A DNA stretch of 64,000 nt, taken from NCBI GenBank assembly GCA_964406055.1, contig CAYOQF010000011.1, forward strand, positions 7,416 through 71,415. Direction: 5' to 3'. This stretch comes from an uncultured Syntrophorhabdaceae bacterium (GTDB lineage Bacteria; Desulfobacterota; Syntrophorhabdia; Syntrophorhabdales; Syntrophorhabdaceae). Shown piece by piece: positions 15,085 through 23,576 of this stretch; the stretch's first letter is position 1, and the number at the start of each line of letters is the position of its first letter. The notes under the pieces were generated by a model, which was not told the DNA's origin, ran no database searches, and worked only from the letters and a program-made list of their open reading frames with translations. The position numbers and the translations under genes were made by a program.

Positions 15085-15502
15085 GGGCCTCCCGGCACAG
15101 CCTGTCAATGGTAACGGTATCGAAGTAGTCCATGAGGCGGCGGGACGCTTCGTCCCAGACATCACGGGTGACGCAGCGGTCATAGAGCTCGCAGGTCCTG
15201 CCCTTCCCCCTGGCCTTTCCCGTGCAGAAGACGAGATGGATGTCTCCGCCCTCGATAGCCCGTATCACGTCGCCAACCCTGATCTCCTCTGCCTTCCGGC
15301 CCAGATAATAGCCGCCGGAGGGCCCCCTGGCGCTCTTGATTATACCTGCCTTCTTGAATTTCTGAAATATCTGCTCCACGTACCGCGGGGGCAGGCCGGT
15401 TCGCTCCGCGATGGCCCTCACCTGGGTCGGGTTTTCGCTGGAATGATAGGCAATGTCACAGAGGGCGCGAACACCGTATCGAATCTGGGTTGAAAGTTTC
15501 AT
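15062..15502 (-). CDS. Rrf2-family transcriptional regulator (IscR/BadM-like, three-Cys cluster motif)
   Basis: MKLSTQIRYGVRALCDIAY wHTH. Cysteines in FCTGKARGKGRTCELYDRC. Confidence 0.85.
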   Translation of the reverse strand: MKLSTQIRYGVRALCDIAYHSSENPTQVRAIAERTGLPPRYVEQIFQKFKKAGIIKSARGPSGGYYLGRKAEEIRVGDVIRAIEGGDIHLVFCTGKARGKGRTCELYDRCVTRDVWDEASRRLMDYFDTVTIDRLCREAQKREARP

Positions 15503-15571
15503 CGGTCTCCTTCCGGCAAAATTACGGGTCCAGCGGGAAAAACTCCCGACGAGAGAACCGCATCATATTGG

Positions 15572-16903
15572 TCAGTGGGTAGCTATATGTTGATATAACT
15601 CCCTGACACTTTTCAAGGAAAAAATCTGGAGGGATCCCGTTTTTTCCGTTCCCTGAGGGGAAAAGACCTTCTTGATGCCCAGTCGCTCGCATTCCTTCAG
15701 CCTCTGCTCCATCTGGACCACACGCCGTATCTCGCCGGCAAGGCCGATCTCGCCGAAGAGGGCGGTATCCCTGCCCACCGTCGAACCGTCATAACTGGAG
15801 ATGATCGCTGCCGCCACCGCCAGGTCAATCCCTGGTTCCGCCACCTTCATACCCCCCGTCACGTTCACGTAGACGTCCCTGTCCCAGAAGCCCTTTCCGC
15901 TCGTCTTTTCCAGCACGGCGATGAGGATGAAGAGGCGGTTCACGTCGTAGCCCAGGGAAAGCCTCTTGGGAATGGGAAAACTTGTCTTGTGGGTGATGGC
16001 CTGCACCTCCAGGAGGATGGGCCTTGTGCCGGTGATGTGGGGGAAAAGGGCGCTTCCCGATCCGAGATCTTCCCTTTCGGAGACAAAGAACGCCGAAGGG
16101 TTTTCCACGCTCACCAGACCCTCCCGAGTCATCTGGAATATACCCACCTCATCGACGGGGCCGAAGCGGTTCTTGATGGCCCGGAGGAGGCGGTACGGGA
16201 GCATTTTGTCCCCCTCGAAGTAGAGCACCGTGTCCACCATGTGCTCAAGGATCTTGGGTCCGGCGATCGTGCCCTCCTTGGTCACGTGGCCCACGAAGAC
16301 ATGGGCGATCTCGGCCTCCTTGAGGGTCCTGATCAGACGGGTTGACACATCCCGTATCTGGCTCACACTCCCGGGCAGCATGGACAGGTTTGAAGTGTAG
16401 ATCGCCTGGATGGAGTCGATGACCACGAGATCATAACGGCCTTCTCTGACCGCCTCCAGGATGTGGTCCACCAGGTTGGTGGCGAGGATCGGAAAGGAAC
16501 CTTTCAACCCCAGCCTCTTCCTCCGCGAAGAGAGTTGCTTCGGCGATTCCTCTCCCGAGACATAGAGGACGGAGAACCCCAGTTCGACCATGCGCGAACA
16601 GATCTCGAAACAGATGGTGGTTTTCCCTATGCCCGGATCACCACCCAGAAGAATGGACGAGCCCGCCGTCAGACCCCCGCCGAGGACCCTATCCATCTCT
16701 TCTATACCCAGGACAATCCGCTCCTCTCCAGAGTCGTCTTCGGCGACAAAGAGAGGCTTCGCCGCCACCTCTTCCCGGACCGGCACCACCACCGATTCCT
16801 TGAAGGTGTCCCAGCTTCCGCACCGGGGACACTTGCCCATCCACTTTACCGCCTCATATCCGCAGGTATCACAGAGAAAGGATTTCTTTTTCGTCACCGT
16901 CAT
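15572..16903 (-). CDS. radA: DNA repair protein RadA/Sms
   Basis: Zinc finger CDTCGYE..CPRCGSW, Walker A GDPGIGKTT, KNRFG motif, and a Lon-like C-terminal domain. Confidence 0.92.
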   Translation of the reverse strand: MTVTKKKSFLCDTCGYEAVKWMGKCPRCGSWDTFKESVVVPVREEVAAKPLFVAEDDSGEERIVLGIEEMDRVLGGGLTAGSSILLGGDPGIGKTTICFEICSRMVELGFSVLYVSGEESPKQLSSRRKRLGLKGSFPILATNLVDHILEAVREGRYDLVVIDSIQAIYTSNLSMLPGSVSQIRDVSTRLIRTLKEAEIAHVFVGHVTKEGTIAGPKILEHMVDTVLYFEGDKMLPYRLLRAIKNRFGPVDEVGIFQMTREGLVSVENPSAFFVSEREDLGSGSALFPHITGTRPILLEVQAITHKTSFPIPKRLSLGYDVNRLFILIAVLEKTSGKGFWDRDVYVNVTGGMKVAEPGIDLAVAAAIISSYDGSTVGRDTALFGEIGLAGEIRRVVQMEQRLKECERLGIKKVFSPQGTEKTGSLQIFSLKSVRELYQHIATH

Positions 16904-17690
16904 CTATCCCGAGATGGAGCTTCATAAATGAGGCCTGGTGGCGCATCAGCTTGGTGAGCCATTCCCTCGTCCGGGGTAATTCGTAGGGGGAGATCTCCAA
17001 GGTTACCATTTCATCATAGCCGGTTCTCCGTATGGTGTTCAAGAGCTTGACCACCGGAAGCTCCCCCCTGCCGAGGTACCGGTGCTGCCTGAAATCGCCG
17101 AAGTCGCTCAGGTGTATGTTCTTCAGCCTTCCCGACTTCAGGTAGCTGAGGAATGCCACGATCACGTCCCTGCCGAAGGTGGCACAGTGGGTGGTGTCGA
17201 AGGTGAAGTAGAGATTCCGCTTCATCCCGAACTCTATCAGGTCCCGGTAGTCGCTCAGTACGAAGGCTGCCAGCATGAGCCTCTTGCCCATGAGGGGCAT
17301 GTTCTCCAAAGCGAGAAAGACCTCGTCACAGCCGAAGGCCTTCTGAAAGTCCTCGATCTTGTGGAACCATTTGTAGAAATTGAATTCGAACAGATACCAG
17401 GAGGGTGGGTGAAAGTTGACCACCCGTGCCCCGACCCTTTTTGCCAGCTCCACGGTTCTCACCAGGACCTCAGCCTCTGAACCCCAGGCAGGCATCTTTT
17501 TATAGGGGGCGTGAATCGAGTGAATCGGAAGGATCCGGGTGCACTCGAGCACCATGTCAAGGTAGCCCGCCTCAGCCGATTCAGGGGTTATGACAAGGTC
17601 ACACCCCTCAAATCCGGCATCTCCGGCAATCTGGAAGACCTCCTTGAGAGGGAGATAGAAGAGGCCACCCGTGGAAAAAAGGATCTTCAT
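16869..17690 (-). CDS. sugar phosphate isomerase/epimerase (xylose isomerase-like TIM barrel) family protein
   Basis: The pattern is typical of AP-endonuclease-2/TIM-barrel proteins (..IHAPY.., ..ENMP.., ..DTTH.., ..HLSD..). The 3' end overlaps the radA start by 35 nt. Confidence 0.65.
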   Translation of the reverse strand: MKILFSTGGLFYLPLKEVFQIAGDAGFEGCDLVITPESAEAGYLDMVLECTRILPIHSIHAPYKKMPAWGSEAEVLVRTVELAKRVGARVVNFHPPSWYLFEFNFYKWFHKIEDFQKAFGCDEVFLALENMPLMGKRLMLAAFVLSDYRDLIEFGMKRNLYFTFDTTHCATFGRDVIVAFLSYLKSGRLKNIHLSDFGDFRQHRYLGRGELPVVKLLNTIRRTGYDEMVTLEISPYELPRTREWLTKLMRHQASFMKLHLGIDDGDEKEILSL

Positions 17691-18859
17691 ACCACGATGA
17701 TACGCTCATCCATGGTTGTGAGGACCCGGTAGCCACCTTTTTGCATGAGAACCGTGTTTTCCACTCCGCATGCCCCCTTCTTGGGAAAAACCATCTTGGG
17801 CTCAATAGCGAAAACCATCCCCTCTTCTATGGGATAGTCGTGGGTTGCCGCGATAAAGGGCATCTCCGCCAGCTCAATCCCGATGCCGTGTGCGAGAAAA
17901 CGGACCTTGTGAGGTTTGAAGCCGAGATAGTAATCACCGTAGCCGAGACGGTCGGCAACCTCGAGAGAGTAGGCGAAGAGCTCCCTGCTCGAAGCCCCTT
18001 CGACTGCCCTGTCGAGGACCCGGTAGTGGATCTCCCGGCAGGCCTCGTAGGCCTTCTCGAAGGGCTCGGGCATGGCCCCGATGGCATACATCCTAGTCTG
18101 GTCGATCTGGTAGCCGTGATAACAGATCCCGAAATCGACGAGGATCGGTTCGTTCTTCCTGATTCTCTTCATGCTGGCACCCACGGGGAAGGCGGGCGAG
18201 AGGCCGAGTCCGCCCATGGGGGAGTCGGACTGGCTGACGATGCTGCCCGTCCTTCCGCTCAGGATGTGCCATGTATAGGCCTCATAGTTGAGGGACCGGA
18301 CCCGGAGAAGCCCCTCGTGTCCCAACGCCTTTGCGTGGGCCTCGAGGAGACCGCCCAGCTCGATTTCCCGTATCCCTTCGCGGAGAAGCCCGGGAACCAT
18401 CTCGTAGACCTTCTTCGAAATGGAGGCTGCCTTTTCCATGAGACCGATCTCGAAGGGTGACTTGAATTTCCTCAACTCCCTGGTGAGGGGCGAGACATTG
18501 ACCAGCTCCACGTCCCCGAAGAGCTCTTTGAACTTCATCACGTCGTTGTAAGGGATCACGTCGAGCTGGATGCCGATCCTGCCCCTTGGCCTCACGTGGG
18601 AAGGCACGTCCTTTACGGAACGCATGGGAAGGATCCGTTTCAGCGGTGACTCCCTCCGCGCCCGCGAGAGCTCCCTCCTGACGAAGAGCATGGGCTCTTC
18701 ATCCATGGGCACAAAAAGGAGGACATCCTGCATGGTCCCGGAAAGGTAGTAATAGTCGATTTTGTAATGGAAAAAGGCCCCGTCAAGAGAGGCCTTTTCC
18801 ATCAATACTTTCAGTTTTCCGATTCTTTCGTCTATCTCTTCAGCAGGCGTAAAATACAT
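17687..18859 (-). CDS. M24-family metallopeptidase-like protein (Xaa-Pro aminopeptidase/creatinase fold)
   Basis: All five pita-bread metal ligands are recognisable (VDFG, IDQTR, HGIG, AIEP, VENT). ATGA overlap with the downstream gene. Confidence 0.75.
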   Translation of the reverse strand: MYFTPAEEIDERIGKLKVLMEKASLDGAFFHYKIDYYYLSGTMQDVLLFVPMDEEPMLFVRRELSRARRESPLKRILPMRSVKDVPSHVRPRGRIGIQLDVIPYNDVMKFKELFGDVELVNVSPLTRELRKFKSPFEIGLMEKAASISKKVYEMVPGLLREGIREIELGGLLEAHAKALGHEGLLRVRSLNYEAYTWHILSGRTGSIVSQSDSPMGGLGLSPAFPVGASMKRIRKNEPILVDFGICYHGYQIDQTRMYAIGAMPEPFEKAYEACREIHYRVLDRAVEGASSRELFAYSLEVADRLGYGDYYLGFKPHKVRFLAHGIGIELAEMPFIAATHDYPIEEGMVFAIEPKMVFPKKGACGVENTVLMQKGGYRVLTTMDERIIVV

Positions 18860-18867
18860 GAACCTAC

Positions 18868-19638
18868 CTATTTGTCTTTCCAGACCGCCTTCCTTTTCTC
18901 CATGAAGGCGCCGATCCCCTCCTTCGCGTCGTCCGTGGACATGCAGCCCTTCAGGTAGATGATCTCCGAGGCCTTGAGGGCCTGGAGAAAATCGAGACTG
19001 AGACCGGCCTTGATGGCCCGCTTCGTCCAGATTGCCACCGGTCTGCTCTTATTCAGGAAATCGGCAAGATACTTCTCTACCTCGGCTTTGAAGTTCTCCA
19101 CGGGCAACACCGCCGTCACCAGACCGATTGCCTGGGCTTCTTTGGCGTTGATAATCTTGCCGGTCAGAAGAAGTTCGTAGGTCTTCTGAAGGCCGATGAT
19201 CTTCGGAAACCAGGCGGCTGCCACGGGAGGGTAGACCCCGACCGCGATCTCCGGCTGGCCGATTCTTGCCTTTTCCGAGGCAATGACGATGTCGCAGAAG
19301 GCCATGAGTTCACAGCCTCCGCCCAAGGACCTTCCGTTCACCACCGCCACGGTGGTAACATCCATCTCCGACATATGGCGGAACATGCGGTGGAATACCT
19401 CGATCATCTCATCCACCTTGTCTTCCGTGTGGTCTGCCACGTCCACGCCGTCGCAGAAGGCCTTGTCTCCGGCGTGATCAAACACCAGAAGCTGAATGGA
19501 GGAATCCTTCTTCACCTGCTCCAGGACCTGGTTGATCTCCTTCATCATGGAGATGGTGAGCCAGTTGGAGGGTGGTACGTTGAGTGTCACTGTTCCGGTC
19601 TTACCCTTTACTTCATATGTGATATGCTGAAAAGCCAT
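18868..19638 (-). CDS. dch: enoyl-CoA hydratase family, likely cyclohexa-1,5-diene-1-carbonyl-CoA hydratase (Dch/BamR)
   Basis: Crotonase fold (..GGGCELMAFCD..). Lies immediately downstream of had-oah, as in known benzoyl-CoA clusters. Confidence 0.7.
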   Translation of the reverse strand: MAFQHITYEVKGKTGTVTLNVPPSNWLTISMMKEINQVLEQVKKDSSIQLLVFDHAGDKAFCDGVDVADHTEDKVDEMIEVFHRMFRHMSEMDVTTVAVVNGRSLGGGCELMAFCDIVIASEKARIGQPEIAVGVYPPVAAAWFPKIIGLQKTYELLLTGKIINAKEAQAIGLVTAVLPVENFKAEVEKYLADFLNKSRPVAIWTKRAIKAGLSLDFLQALKASEIIYLKGCMSTDDAKEGIGAFMEKRKAVWKDK

Positions 19639-19665
19639 GATCGGTCTCCCTTCTTGGTATGGGTG

Positions 19666-19701
19666 AAAAAAATAAGGGGGGCTGCCCGCCCCCCCTTTTT
19701 T
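19666..19701 (-). terminator. hairpin flanked by A- and T-runs (bidirectional terminator/attenuator) between oah and dch
   Basis: AAAAAAATAA-GGGGGGC-TGCCC-GCCCCCC-CTTTTTT. Confidence 0.55.
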
Positions 19702-19723
19702 CGCTTTCTGCTCCTGTTGCTCC

Positions 19724-20872
19724 TTACTTCGCCTGCGGTTTGCCCAGAATCTCTTCCATGAAGGCGGTGTCCACGAGTCTGCCCTGAGCGATAAGCTGGC
19801 GGTTCTTGATGAAGTCGATGGTGTCGACGCCGGTGATCTTCTTGGTGTTGAAGGCGCCGAAGCCGAGGAAGGCCTCGCCCATCATGTTGGTGGCCAGCCA
19901 GTACCGGTGGTCGTTCTTCATGGTATCCCAGAAGAATTTCTTCTTCTGCCTGATGCCGTCGACGGATTTCATCAAGCAGCCGGGGAACAGGTTTGCGAAG
20001 GTCCAGACGACCCTCTCGATTTCTGCATCCATGAGAGCGAAATCATAGTCGTTGTTCTTCTGCTTTTCCTGGACCCACGCACGGGCGTCTTTCGCTTCCT
20101 GGCCCGTCTTCATTTCGCCGTACACGATGGCGCCGTTTTCGATAAACTTGTCCGTGATGACCTGGGGGTTCCTGACCCACTCGCCCTTCTCGTTCTTCAG
20201 GACCGGGAAGGCCTTGGTGAGGAGACCCTTCCACCACATTTTGTATGCGGACCACATCTCGCAGCTCACGCAGGACCACATGGCATCCTCGATGCTGAAG
20301 TATGAGGGCAGGAAGTCGGAGGCGCCGCCCACAGGGGCCGAACCGTGACGGGGACCTGCCTGGCCGAAGATGGCGAGGTCGGAGGTAAAGGTGAGGTCAC
20401 AGGCGGTGCCGATTTCCTGGCCGCCGGCCACCCTCATGCCGTTCACCCGGCAGATAACCGGCTTCTTGCACATCAGGATGGAGTCCACCATGTTGTTGAA
20501 GAGTTCCATGTATGAGCCGTATTCTTCCGGCCTCATGCTGTAGTACTCGGAATATTCCTTCGTGTTGCCGCCCGTGCAGAAGGCGTAGGGGCCTGTTCCC
20601 GTGAACACGACCGCCACGACCTCGCGGTCCGTGGAGGAGTTCTCGAAGCCGGCGATGACGCCCTTTACCATCTCGGTGGTGTAGGAGTTGTACTGAGCCG
20701 GGTTGTTCAGTCTGATCCAGGCGGTGTAGAGGCCGGGCACTACGTTGCCCTTCGGGTCCTTCAGGGGCTTCTTTTCGTACACCGTGCTCGGTGCATCCGT
20801 GCCCCACCACTGCGTGCCGTGCCTGCTGTGATCCTTAAGTCCGTGTTCCCTTGGCATCCATTCTAAACCCAT
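19724..20872 (-). CDS. bamA: 6-oxocyclohex-1-ene-1-carbonyl-CoA hydrolase (ring-cleaving; Oah/BamA)
   Basis: About 380-aa crotonase-family protein with AQYNSYTTEM and GGQEIGTACD. The DNA at 20674-20695 (minus strand) matches the bamA marker-primer site as I recall it. AAGGAGG lies upstream of the ATG. Confidence 0.85.
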   Translation of the reverse strand: MGLEWMPREHGLKDHSRHGTQWWGTDAPSTVYEKKPLKDPKGNVVPGLYTAWIRLNNPAQYNSYTTEMVKGVIAGFENSSTDREVVAVVFTGTGPYAFCTGGNTKEYSEYYSMRPEEYGSYMELFNNMVDSILMCKKPVICRVNGMRVAGGQEIGTACDLTFTSDLAIFGQAGPRHGSAPVGGASDFLPSYFSIEDAMWSCVSCEMWSAYKMWWKGLLTKAFPVLKNEKGEWVRNPQVITDKFIENGAIVYGEMKTGQEAKDARAWVQEKQKNNDYDFALMDAEIERVVWTFANLFPGCLMKSVDGIRQKKKFFWDTMKNDHRYWLATNMMGEAFLGFGAFNTKKITGVDTIDFIKNRQLIAQGRLVDTAFMEEILGKPQAK

Positions 20873-20896
20873 ACTATCCTCCTTAATGTTTTTTTG

Positions 20897-22009
20897 TTAT
20901 TTGAAGTCCGGTTTCAACACAACTCTCTTCTCGGGCGACCCGGCCTTGTGAATCTCTTCGAAGGTGGCCGCGATGGTGCTCATCGGCCTCACGTCGACGA
21001 AGGGGTCGATCACGATCTTCTTGCTCAACACCATATTAAGGACGATGGGGTAGTACTCGGGGAGGCATCCCCAGGTACCGATCACTTCGGCGTCGAAGGC
21101 CATCAGCTTGGAGAACATGTACTCGCTCTTGGCCATGCCGAAACCGACGAGGATCAGCTTTCCCACGAAGGAGAGGAGGTCGAGGGCCAGTTCCTGGCCT
21201 GCCTTGGCGCCGGTGACCTCGAAGATCTTCCACCCCGTGTTGTCCAAGCCGTTGGTCTTGCAGTAGGTGCGCCACTCGCCCACCACCGCCTTGTTGTCCT
21301 TGTCCAGGGTGCTGATCACGTAGTCGCAGCCGTAATTCAGGGCCCTCTGGAGCTTCTGGGGGTTCCGGGCGATACCGATGACGGTCTTGGCGCCCAGGGC
21401 CTTCACGGTTTGGGCCATATAGACGCCCACGCCGCCGGTCGCGCCGATGACAATCACGTTGTCGCCGGGCTGCAGGTCAGCCCTCTTGCATGCCTGGTAG
21501 GGGGTCGTCACCGCGTCGGCCACCACGGAAAGCTGTTCCAGTGCGTAGCTACCACGGTTCTTGACCTCGCAGAGGTCGATGGAAGGCACGACGATGTGAC
21601 TCGCGAAGCCTCCGAAGACGCCGATCGAGTTGCCGGGCATCTTCTGGGCAAGGCACCTGTTCCCTCTTCCCGTTTTGCAGAGGATGCACTTGCGGCAGGG
21701 CATAACGGCAGGAATAATGACTTCCTTGCCTACCCACGCAGGATCGCCTGCAATGACCACACCGCTGATCTCGTGGCCGAGCGCCAGGGGCGGCTTGCTC
21801 ACCGTGGGCACGCCGTCAAAGAAGTAACCGAGGTCAGTATGGCACACGCCGCAGCCTGCCACTTCTACGAGAACCTCGCCTTCTTTCAGTTCGGGCACCG
21901 GGATCTCCGCCATTTCCAGCTTGCCCGGGGTCTTCTCCTTCGTTTCCTTGTTGAAGGTCGTCGGTTGAACCATCTGCCACTGCTTTATTGTCTTGGGTAA
22001 ATCAGCCAT
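20897..22009 (-). CDS. had: Zn-dependent alcohol dehydrogenase family, likely 6-hydroxycyclohex-1-ene-1-carbonyl-CoA dehydrogenase (Had/BamQ)
   Basis: GCGVCHTD zinc motif and GATGGVG Rossmann motif. Directly upstream of bamA. ATG 22009 is preferred over TTG 22012 by AGGAGG spacing. Confidence 0.75.
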   Translation of the reverse strand: MADLPKTIKQWQMVQPTTFNKETKEKTPGKLEMAEIPVPELKEGEVLVEVAGCGVCHTDLGYFFDGVPTVSKPPLALGHEISGVVIAGDPAWVGKEVIIPAVMPCRKCILCKTGRGNRCLAQKMPGNSIGVFGGFASHIVVPSIDLCEVKNRGSYALEQLSVVADAVTTPYQACKRADLQPGDNVIVIGATGGVGVYMAQTVKALGAKTVIGIARNPQKLQRALNYGCDYVISTLDKDNKAVVGEWRTYCKTNGLDNTGWKIFEVTGAKAGQELALDLLSFVGKLILVGFGMAKSEYMFSKLMAFDAEVIGTWGCLPEYYPIVLNMVLSKKIVIDPFVDVRPMSTIAATFEEIHKAGSPEKRVVLKPDFK

Positions 22010-22060
22010 CAAACACCTCCTGTTATATTGAAATGACTACCCGATCACCTCCTTGTACCA

Positions 22061-22813
22061 TTACGTCATACCGTAACCACCATCTACGCAGAGAAGCTGC
22101 CCCGTCACATAGCGTGAATCATCGGACGCAAAGAATACGAAGGCCGGCGCAACGTCTTCCGGCTCGGCGTACTTGTTGAGCAGAATCCTCCTCAGATAGA
22201 TCTCTTTCAGCTTTTCGTCGGTCTGGAGGGTCGTGGTCATCTCGGTGGTCACGATTCCCAGTGATATGACATTCGCCGTCACGTTGTAACGGGCAAGCTC
22301 ACGGGCAGCCGATTTGGTGAGGGTCACCACTCCGCCTTTTGCGGCGGCGTAGTTGATCTGGCCCACCGTGCCCACGATACCTGCCACGGAGGTTACATTG
22401 ATGATGCGGCCGTACTTCTGCTCCATGAAATACTTGGAGGCTGCCTTGATGCAAAGCCAAGGACCCCTCATCTGCACGTTCACCACTTCGTCCCATGTGG
22501 CCACGTTCAGCTTGTGAAGCATGCCCGGCTTGGAGATCCCGGCGTTGTTCACGAGGATATGGATGGAACCGAAATTCTCCACACAGGTGTCGATAATCCT
22601 CTGGGCGTCCGCTTCCTGGCCTACGTCCCCCTTCACGGCCACCGCCTTCCTGCCCATGGATTTGATGATCTCCACCACCTCGTCGGCAGCCTTCTGGTTG
22701 CCGGCATAGTTGACCACGACGTTGGCTCCTTCTTTCGCAAACTCAATACTGATGGCTCTGCCGACTCCTCTTCCTCCCCCGGTGACAACAGCATTTTTGC
22801 CCTCTAATTTCAT
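22061..22813 (-). CDS. SDR-family oxidoreductase (FabG-like 3-oxoacyl reductase / 3-hydroxyacyl-CoA dehydrogenase)
   Basis: TGGGRGVG, NNAG and YAAAK motifs. First gene behind the consensus promoter. Confidence 0.85.
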   Translation of the reverse strand: MKLEGKNAVVTGGGRGVGRAISIEFAKEGANVVVNYAGNQKAADEVVEIIKSMGRKAVAVKGDVGQEADAQRIIDTCVENFGSIHILVNNAGISKPGMLHKLNVATWDEVVNVQMRGPWLCIKAASKYFMEQKYGRIINVTSVAGIVGTVGQINYAAAKGGVVTLTKSAARELARYNVTANVISLGIVTTEMTTTLQTDEKLKEIYLRRILLNKYAEPEDVAPAFVFFASDDSRYVTGQLLCVDGGYGMT

Positions 22814-22860
22814 ACCGGCTTCTCCTTATTTGAGTTTGTGAATATTTTCGTAATCTGAAT

Positions 22861-22888
22861 ATTATATCTGGGCAAAGGCTAATGTCAA
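22861..22888 (-). promoter_or_regulatory. consensus promoter of the SDR-had-bamA operon
   Basis: On the minus strand: TTGACA (22888-22883), 16 nt, TATAAT (22866-22861). Confidence 0.6.
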
Positions 22889-23003
22889 GACAAAAAGGAT
22901 AAGATCAAAGGGGGTTCCGGGAATCACCCCCGGACCGCCGAAGGGTCGTTCGACCCGGAAGAGGGGAGACCCGAAAACCATCAGAGGGAGGTAACAGAGA
23001 GTC

Positions 23004-23549
23004 ATGATCCTTCAATTCCAGGACAAGAGGCCCACAGTCGATCCCTCCGCCTTCATCGCCGAAAACGCCATGGTGATCGGCGATGTGGTCGTCGAGGCGA
23101 GGGCAAACATCTGGTTCCACAGCGTCGTCCGGGGCGACACCAACACGATCCGTATCGGATCGGACTGCAATATCCAGGACGGCTGCATCCTCCACGTGGT
23201 GAAAGACCTCCACCCCCTGATCCTGGAGGAGGGGGTGGTCCTCGGCCACCGGGTGGTGGTCCACGGGTGCCGTGTCGGCAGAGGCTCCCTCATCGGCATC
23301 GGGGCCGTGGTGCTGAACGGTGCCGTAATCGGCGAGGAATCGATTGTCGGCGCGGGATCCGTGGTGGCACCGGGGACGGCAGTGCCGCCCCGTACCCTGG
23401 TCATGGGGGTCCCGGCGAAACCGGTCCGCTCCCTCACCGAGGGGGATGTGGCCATGATCAGGGGAACCGTGGAAGAGTATCTCGGGCTGGTCGAGGCGTA
23501 CCGGACCGGCAACCCGAGGTCCCAACCGGTTGACACCCCGCAGCGATAA
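23004..23549 (+). CDS. gamma-carbonic-anhydrase-like / hexapeptide-repeat (PaaY/CaiE-type) protein
   Basis: Left-handed beta-helix repeats. NIWFHSVVRGD..IRIG..NIQDGCILH. Confidence 0.85.
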   Translation: MILQFQDKRPTVDPSAFIAENAMVIGDVVVEARANIWFHSVVRGDTNTIRIGSDCNIQDGCILHVVKDLHPLILEEGVVLGHRVVVHGCRVGRGSLIGIGAVVLNGAVIGEESIVGAGSVVAPGTAVPPRTLVMGVPAKPVRSLTEGDVAMIRGTVEEYLGLVEAYRTGNPRSQPVDTPQR

Positions 23550-23576
23550 CGGTATATCTTTCTTGAATTAAGCCCA

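Noticed and set aside
20894-22000. 368-aa ORF antisense to had; similar long antisense ORFs at 28049-29335, 30450-31388, 33611-34636, 36716-37702 and 48397-49395
   Set aside because: All overlap motif-supported genes on the other strand and lack start signals. They were treated as high-GC shadow ORFs.
22890-23003. Possible riboswitch (for example TPP) upstream of the gamma-CA/ABC transporter genes
   Set aside because: There are some local hairpins, but I could not find TPP-box or other riboswitch core sequences. The region is only ~110 nt and includes an ordinary RBS.
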